A stretch of DNA of 64,000 nucleotides from contig JBMFWZ010000004.1 of NCBI GenBank assembly GCA_049964755.1, positions 603-64,602 of the forward strand, in the 5' to 3' direction. The position numbers and the translations under genes were made by a program. The first letter of the stretch is position 1; the number at the start of each line of letters is the position of its first letter. Source of the DNA: Steroidobacteraceae bacterium. Lineage in GTDB: Bacteria; Pseudomonadota; Gammaproteobacteria; Steroidobacterales; Steroidobacteraceae. Below the pieces are notes generated by a model. The model was given only the letters and a program-made list of their open reading frames with translations. It was not told the origin of the DNA and searched no databases. Below, piece after piece: positions 58,181 through 64,000 of the stretch.

Positions 58181-59454
58181 TGCGCCTGCTCTACTGGATG
58201 GCCGTGACGCCCGCCGCGGGGCTGCACGCGGCACTGCTGTGGCTGCGCGCGCGCGCGCGCGGCGAGCCGCTCCTACCGCCGCTGGCGCAGCGCTTCGGGT
58301 TCGCCGCGCCCATTGCGGGCCGGCCGGTGTGGATCCATGCCGCCTCGGTCGGCGAGGTCCAACTTGCCACCACGCTGGTCCGAGCGCTGCGCATGCACTA
58401 CCCGGACCTGCCACTGCTGGTCACGGCGTTCACGCCGACCGGGGCGGCGCGCGCCGCCGCGCTCGCCCCCGAGGTGACCGTACGCGCCCTGCCCTACGAC
58501 CTGCCGGGGCCGGTCAGACGGTTCCTGGCCCGCAGCGAACCGCGCCTGGCGATCGTGCTGGAGACCGAGCTGTGGCCGACACTGTTCGAGAGCTGCCGGC
58601 GCCGCGGCATCCCGCTGGTCATCGCGAACGCGCGGCTCTCCGAACGCACTGCACGGCGCTACCGCCGCTTCGGCGCATTGTTCGCACCCGCGCTGCGCAC
58701 CGCGGTGATCGCCGCTCGCAGCGCCGAGGACGCCGAACGCTTCCGCTCGATCGGCGCGGATGCCGCGCTGACGCATGTCACCGGTAATCTCAAATTCGAC
58801 TACACGCGGCCGCCGGACCTCGATGCACGCGCTCGGGCGCTGCGCGCCCGGTACGCCGAGGGGCGGCCGCTGTGGGTCGCCGGCAGCACCCACCAGGGGG
58901 AGGATTCGCAGGTGATCGCCGCCCACGCCCGGGTGCGCGCGCTGCTGCCCGAGTCGGTGCTGGTATTGGCGCCGCGCCACCCGCAGCGCTTCGAGAGCGT
59001 TGCCGCCGAGCTGGGTGCTCAGGGCGTGTCCTACGTGCGTCATTCGCGCTCGTCCGATCCGGCGGCGGCCGCGAAGGCCGCGGTGGTGCTGCTCGATACG
59101 CTCGGGGAGCTACAGGATTTCTATGCCGCGGCCGACGCGGCGTTCGTCGGCGGCAGCCTCGTGCCGATCGGCGGACACAATCTGCTCGAGCCGGCCGCGC
59201 TGGGGCGGCCCGTGGCGAGCGGTCCGTCGGACTTCAATGCCGCCGAAATCGCACGACTGCTGCTCGAGTGCGGCGCGGCGCGGCGCGTACACGATGAGCA
59301 GGAATTAGGCGCCTGCATGCTCGAGTGGCTGCGCGATCCGCACGAACGGGCACGCGTCGGTGAGCTCGGCCGCGCGGCGGTCGAGTCCCATCGCGGCGCG
59401 CTCGGGCGGCTGCTCGAGCTGATCGGCCCGCAGCTCGGCCCGCCCGCGGCCTGA
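58180..59454 (+). CDS. waaA: Kdo transferase WaaA (KdtA)
   Basis: The GTG start overlaps the kdkA TAG. WIHAASVGEV, ETELWP and GGHNLLEPA are motifs of lipid IVA Kdo transferase. 424 aa. Confidence 0.9.
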   Translation: MRLLYWMAVTPAAGLHAALLWLRARARGEPLLPPLAQRFGFAAPIAGRPVWIHAASVGEVQLATTLVRALRMHYPDLPLLVTAFTPTGAARAAALAPEVTVRALPYDLPGPVRRFLARSEPRLAIVLETELWPTLFESCRRRGIPLVIANARLSERTARRYRRFGALFAPALRTAVIAARSAEDAERFRSIGADAALTHVTGNLKFDYTRPPDLDARARALRARYAEGRPLWVAGSTHQGEDSQVIAAHARVRALLPESVLVLAPRHPQRFESVAAELGAQGVSYVRHSRSSDPAAAAKAAVVLLDTLGELQDFYAAADAAFVGGSLVPIGGHNLLEPAALGRPVASGPSDFNAAEIARLLLECGAARRVHDEQELGACMLEWLRDPHERARVGELGRAAVESHRGALGRLLELIGPQLGPPAA

Positions 59455-59468
59455 GCCGCGGCGCGCAC

Positions 59469-59666
59469 TCAGCGGCGCAGCGTGTACTCGGCGCCGCAGT
59501 ACGGGCACTTGGCCCAGCCACTCGCCTCGATCGGCAGATAGACCTTGGGATGGGAATTCCACAGCTGCATCTGTGGCATGGGGCAGGAGAGCGGCAGGTC
59601 GTCGGCCCCCACCTCGTACTGATGCTGGGCGTTCGGTTGGATCAGGGGCTGCGCGGCTGCGGCCAT
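59469..59666 (-). CDS. Small zinc-ribbon (zf-CHCC-like) protein
   Basis: 65 aa. LSCPMPQMQLWNSHPKVYLPI...AKCPYCGAEYTL. Such proteins are commonly found beside waaA. Confidence 0.65.
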   Translation of the reverse strand: MAAAAQPLIQPNAQHQYEVGADDLPLSCPMPQMQLWNSHPKVYLPIEASGWAKCPYCGAEYTLRR

Positions 59667-59731
59667 GTCGATTCCTTGCAGGCAGAATTCGGTGGACTGA
59701 GCATTATAGCGGCCGCGATCGCATTCTGGCC

Positions 59732-62590
59732 CTAGCCTGCGGCCGCAGACCCGAAGGTCTGCTCCCAGATGGCGCTGACTGCGGCCCGTTCGGCGGCAAA
59801 AGCCCCGTCGGACGGCGCCGCGGGGCCGTCGAGCGCCAGGCGATGCCGGTAAGCCCGGTACGCCCGGTAGGCGCCCGTCAGAACGTCCACGGTCTGCTGC
59901 GGCACCAGGTTCGCCGAGGCGACGGACTCGAGCTGGCGGATGGTATCGGCGAAGAGGGCCACCGGCGGGTACTCGCACGCCCACTTCAGCGCCCAGTACT
60001 GGGCGAGGAACTCGATGTCGGCGATACCGCCTGCCTCATTCTTCAGATCATTCGCCTGCGATTCGCGCCGCGAGCGTTCGCGGCGCATTCGCTCGCGCAT
60101 CGCGCGCACCTCCTCGCGCAGTGTCTCGCGCCGCACGCTGAAGCGCAGGATCTCGAGCCGGATGCGCTCGAACTCGGCGCACAGTTCGCGCGAGCCGGCC
60201 ACGGCGCGCGCGTGCAACAGCGCCTGATGCTCCCAGGTCCACGCCTCGTGCCGCTGGTACTCGGCAAAGGCGTCGATCTGGGTCACGAGCAGGCCGCCCT
60301 TGCCGCTCGGGCGCAACCGCACGTCGACCTCGTAGAGCCGCCCGGCCGCCGAGTGCATGGTGAGCAGATGCACCACGCGCTGCACGAGGCGCGCGAAGAA
60401 CACCTGATTGTCGATCGGCCGCTCGCCGCAGGTCTCCTGGTGCTCCCCACGCGAGTCGTGCACAAACACCAGATCCAGATCCGAGCCGTAGCCGAGCTCC
60501 ATACCGCCGAGCTTGCCGTAGCCGATCGCGCACACGCGCACCTCGCGGCGCGTCTCGCCACAGCACGGGGCCCCGAACTGCGCGGTGATCTGGCGCCACC
60601 CGAGCTCGAGGGCTCGATCGAGGATGACCTCGGCGATCTCGGTCAGCCGGTCGCTGACGCGCATCACCGATAGACGAGCAGACAGGTCCGCCACCGCCAC
60701 GCGGAACATCGCTGCTCGCTTGAAGTGACACAGCGCCTCGATCTGCCGCTCCGGATCGTCCGCCTCGACCCGCTCGAGGGCGGCGGCAAGTTCGCTCTCG
60801 AGCGCGGCGCGCTGCGGCAGTGTCTCGAAGCTGCGCTCGTCGATGAACTCATCGAGCAGCAACGGGTGCGCTGCGATCTGCGCGGCGAGGAACTCCCCCT
60901 GCGCACAGATGCGCACCAGCCGCACCCGCACCGGCGGACTCTCACGCAACAGCGCGAAATAGGCCGAACGCTTGCCCATGGCCTCGAGGATCGCGAGGAT
61001 GCGCTTCAACACGATCAGCTGTTGCGGGCCGACGGGGATCTCTGCGGCGATGTCGGCCAGCAGCGAGGGCAGCAGCCCCTGCAGTCGATGTCGGCCGGCC
61101 TCGTCGAGTTTGCGCACCAGCGTCGAGGCGCGCAGCGCGAGCAGCTGCTCGGCCACCTCGGCGGCGGCGGCGAACCCGGCCTGGGCCAGCGATTCGATGA
61201 GCGCTGCAGTCTCTGCCGGGGCATCCCATGCCCGGCCCAGATCGATGCTCACCCCGGCGCGAGCACCCTCGGCGCCGCCGAGCACCAGGCGCTGGAAGTG
61301 CTGCACGACGCGGCTGCGGTGCGCTTCGAGCACTGCGCGCAGCGCCGGCCAGTCCTCTGCCCCGACGGCGAGCGCACACCGCTCGCGCGCAAGCGCCTCC
61401 TCGGGCAGCAGGTGCGTCTGCTGGTCGGCGAGCATCTGCAGAGCGTTCTCGACGCGGCGCAGATAGCGATACGCCGCGGTCAGCTCCTGGACGGCCACCG
61501 CCGGGAGAATGCGCGCCTCCCCCAGCCGCGCCAGCGCCTCGAGCAGAGAGGTCGTCTGCAGCCGCGGATCGCGCCCGCCGCGGATCAACTGGAAGGTCTG
61601 CGCGATGAACTCGATCTCACGGATACCTCCCGGACCGAGCTTGACGTGCTCGGCCAGTTCGCGCCGCGCCACTTCACGCTCGATCAGCCCCTTCATCTCG
61701 CGCAGACTCTCGAACACACCGTAGTCCAGGTAGCGCCGATAGACGAACGGCCGCAGCGCGGCGGCCTGGACTTCCGCGAAGCGCTCGGCACCGACGACGG
61801 GTCGGGCCTTCACGTACGCATAGCGCTCCCAGTCGCGCCCGTGCAGCGACAGGTAATCCTCGAGCGCCGCGAAACTCGTCACGAGCGCGCCGCTGTCGCC
61901 AAACGGCCGCAAGCGCAAATCCACGCGCAGCACGAAGCCCTCGGGGGTCAGGGATTCGAGCAGGCGGATCATGCCCTGACCGAGACGGGTGAAGAACTCC
62001 TCGTTGCTGATCGAACGCTTTCCGTCGGTCTCGCCGTGTTCGGGAAACAGCAACACCAGGTCGACGTCGGAGGAGAAATTCAGCTCTCTGCCGCCGAGCT
62101 TCCCCATGGCCAGTACCACGAGTGGCTGTACCGCGCCGTCGGCACCGCGCGGCTCACCGAAGCGCTCGATGAGCGTGCCGCGTGCGTAGCGCACCGCCGA
62201 GTCGATCGCCGCATCGGCGAAATCCGATGATTCGCGCAGCGTTTCCTCGATCGGCGCGACGCCGGCCAGGGCACGCCAGGCGATACGGACCAGCTCACGG
62301 CGACGCCAACGCCGCAGCGCGCAGAGCATCCCCGATTCACTCTCCTCGGGGGGCGGGGCGCAGCCGCAGGACTCCTGGGGCGCGAGCGGCCGCAGCAGGC
62401 GCTCCTCTGCCACCAGTTGCGCCAGCAGCTGCGGCTCGCGCAAGCACGCCTCGGCGACGAAGTCGCTGGTGGCGAACACCTGCCGCAGCGCCGCACCGAG
62501 GCGTGGCTCGAGCGCCGCACGCAGCCCCGGTGCGGCGGCCTCGAGCGCCTCCAGGCGGCGTTGCACCAAAGCATCGAGCGCGGACGTCAT
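59732..62590 (-). CDS. glnE: Bifunctional glutamine synthetase adenylyltransferase / adenylyl-removing enzyme
   Basis: Internal Met MTSALDALVQRRLE of ORF 59732..62710. Two nucleotidyltransferase modules (GKLGGRELNFSSDVDLV and GKLGGMELGYGSDLDLV). 952 aa. Confidence 0.95.
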   Translation of the reverse strand: MTSALDALVQRRLEALEAAAPGLRAALEPRLGAALRQVFATSDFVAEACLREPQLLAQLVAEERLLRPLAPQESCGCAPPPEESESGMLCALRRWRRRELVRIAWRALAGVAPIEETLRESSDFADAAIDSAVRYARGTLIERFGEPRGADGAVQPLVVLAMGKLGGRELNFSSDVDLVLLFPEHGETDGKRSISNEEFFTRLGQGMIRLLESLTPEGFVLRVDLRLRPFGDSGALVTSFAALEDYLSLHGRDWERYAYVKARPVVGAERFAEVQAAALRPFVYRRYLDYGVFESLREMKGLIEREVARRELAEHVKLGPGGIREIEFIAQTFQLIRGGRDPRLQTTSLLEALARLGEARILPAVAVQELTAAYRYLRRVENALQMLADQQTHLLPEEALARERCALAVGAEDWPALRAVLEAHRSRVVQHFQRLVLGGAEGARAGVSIDLGRAWDAPAETAALIESLAQAGFAAAAEVAEQLLALRASTLVRKLDEAGRHRLQGLLPSLLADIAAEIPVGPQQLIVLKRILAILEAMGKRSAYFALLRESPPVRVRLVRICAQGEFLAAQIAAHPLLLDEFIDERSFETLPQRAALESELAAALERVEADDPERQIEALCHFKRAAMFRVAVADLSARLSVMRVSDRLTEIAEVILDRALELGWRQITAQFGAPCCGETRREVRVCAIGYGKLGGMELGYGSDLDLVFVHDSRGEHQETCGERPIDNQVFFARLVQRVVHLLTMHSAAGRLYEVDVRLRPSGKGGLLVTQIDAFAEYQRHEAWTWEHQALLHARAVAGSRELCAEFERIRLEILRFSVRRETLREEVRAMRERMRRERSRRESQANDLKNEAGGIADIEFLAQYWALKWACEYPPVALFADTIRQLESVASANLVPQQTVDVLTGAYRAYRAYRHRLALDGPAAPSDGAFAAERAAVSAIWEQTFGSAAAG

Positions 62591-62704
62591 GATGGATGCA
62601 TACAGCCCGAAGCGGCGCAGAATTGCAAGACGCCCCGCACCACGCTGTTGGCGACCTGCAACAGCGATCGGCACGACACAACGCGTCGGGCCGTAGCGAA
62701 TTCG

Positions 62705-62736
62705 AAACAAAAAAAGCCCCGCATGTAGCGGGGCTT
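62705..62736 (-). terminator. Rho-independent terminator downstream of groEL
   Basis: On the minus strand: AAGCCCCGC-tacat-GCGGGGCTT followed by TTTTTGTTT. This is a GC stem plus U-tract. Confidence 0.8.
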
Positions 62737-62875
62737 CGAGGATTGCGCGGAATAGGGGGGTCTTGATCCGCGTCTTTCAGGATTGTCCCCGCTTTGGGGT
62801 CGGGCACAATCCCTAACTGATGTTGAGATGGTACCGATTCCGTCCGCTGGAATCGATACCTCTTTAGAGGGGTGC

Positions 62876-64000
62876 CTACATATCCATTCCGCCCATGCCG
62901 CCCGGCGGCATGGCGTGGCTGTGATCCTCTTCCTTCGGGGCCTCGGCGATCATGACTTCCGTGGTCAGCAGCAGACCCGCCACCGAAGCGGAGTTCTGCA
63001 GCGCCAGACGCGTCACCTTCGCCGGGTCGAGAATGCCGAGCTCGATCATGTCGCCGTACTCGCCCGTGGCCGCGTTGTAACCAAACGCGCCCTTACCTTC
63101 CTTGACGCGATTCAACACGACGGCAGCGTCCTCGCCCGCGTTGTCGACGATCTGACGCAGCGGCTCCTCGATCGCACGCGCGAGGATGCGCACGCCGACC
63201 TGCTGGTCTTCGTTGCTCAGCTCAAGCTTCTCGACCGCCTTCTGCACGCGGATCAGGGCCACACCGCCGCCCGGCACCACGCCTTCCTCGACGGCCGCAC
63301 GAGTCGCGTGCAGCGCATCTTCGACGCGCGCCTTCTTCTCCTTCATTTCCATCTCGGTGGCAGCGCCAACCTTGATGACCGCGACACCGCCGGAGAGCTT
63401 CGCAACGCGCTCCTGCAGCTTCTCCTTGTCGTAATCGGAGGTCGCTTCCTCGATCTGTTGACGGATCGACTCGATGCGAGCCTTGATGTCGGCCTGCTTG
63501 CCGGCGCCGTCGATGACCGTGGTGTTTTCCTTCTCGACGACGATCTTCTTCGCCTCGCCGAGGTCATTGAGCGTCGCCTTCTCGAGCGACAGACCGACCT
63601 CATCGGAGATCACCGTGCCGCCGGTCAGGACCGCGATGTCCTGCAGCATCGCCTTGCGGCGATCACCGAAGCCCGGAGCCTTGACGGCCGCGACCTTCAG
63701 GATGCCGCGGATATTGTTCACGACGAGAGTCGCGAGCGCCTCGCCCTCGACGTCCTCGGCCACCACCAGCAGCGGCCGGCCGGCCTTGGCAACGCCCTCG
63801 AGCAGCGGCAGCAGCTCGCGGATGTTGGAAATCTTCTTGTCGACCAGTAGGATGAACGGCTTTTCGAGCTCGGTCGTCTGATTCTGTTGGCTGTTGATGA
63901 AGTACGGGGAGAGGTAACCGCGGTCGAACTGCATGCCCTCGACCACTTCGAGCTCGTTATCGAGACCCGAACCTTCCTCGACCGTGATCACGCCTTCCTT
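62876..64000 (-). CDS. groL: Chaperonin GroEL, C-terminal about 375 aa (5' end lies beyond the window)
   Basis: GVITVEEG..., [27 protein letters not shown] and the C-terminal GGMGGMDM repeat. The reading frame stays open to position 64000. Confidence 0.95.
   Translation of the reverse strand, partial: KEGVITVEEGSGLDNELEVVEGMQFDRGYLSPYFINSQQNQTTELEKPFILLVDKKISNIRELLPLLEGVAKAGRPLLVVAEDVEGEALATLVVNNIRGILKVAAVKAPGFGDRRKAMLQDIAVLTGGTVISDEVGLSLEKATLNDLGEAKKIVVEKENTTVIDGAGKQADIKARIESIRQQIEEATSDYDKEKLQERVAKLSGGVAVIKVGAATEMEMKEKKARVEDALHATRAAVEEGVVPGGGVALIRVQKAVEKLELSNEDQQVGVRILARAIEEPLRQIVDNAGEDAAVVLNRVKEGKGAFGYNAATGEYGDMIELGILDPAKVTRLALQNSASVAGLLLTTEVMIAEAPKEEDHSHAMPPGGMGGMDM

Overview
This is a GC-rich chromosomal segment (about two-thirds G+C by eye) with gammaproteobacterial gene order. 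It is almost fully coding and mostly housekeeping.

Gene content in window order:
- mraZ with its promoter and operator repeats; divergent lpoA/rsmI; RNase P RNA (rnpB).
- A lower-GC vapBC toxin-antitoxin islet.
- sspB-sspA downstream of a cytochrome bc1 locus that has petB and petC but no Rieske gene.
- A DegS-type protease, pgl, and a large M16 peptidase.
- A YtrA-type GntR/ABC/membrane-protein operon, divergent from an SPFH - unknown helical protein - prohibitin trio.
- gnd, murA-ibaG, and kdsD-kdsC-lptC-lptA-lptB-rpoN-hpf-rapZ (no ptsN, no mla genes).
- A patatin-like lipase, then pyk-pgk-gap followed by about 1 kb of non-coding DNA holding a decayed transketolase C-terminal fragment.
- cpdA, a Wzi-like outer-membrane protein with three glycosyltransferases, and a CPBP protease.
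- mpl, rnd, adk, a PPi-dependent phosphofructokinase with an H+-pyrophosphatase, and msrB.
- A PAS-GGDEF-EAL protein and a pcm-like gene with tolC.
- An LPS inner-core cluster (glycosyltransferase, UDP-xylose synthase, heptosyltransferase, kdkA, waaA), glnE, and the 3' part of groEL, which is cut by the window edge.

I saw no rRNA, tRNA, CRISPR array, transposase or integrase.

Many long ORFs in the six-frame track lie antisense to, or extend upstream of, recognisable genes. I treat these as high-GC artefacts.

The most unusual points:
- The bc1 locus lacks petA.
- The transketolase gene upstream of gap-pgk-pyk is reduced to a remnant.
- The GntR/ABC and SPFH gene sets are divergent and share a control region with a perfect palindrome. 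This is a candidate envelope or membrane-microdomain module containing an uncharacterised protein.

All functional calls rest on reading the translated ORFs against remembered family motifs. No database search was run.
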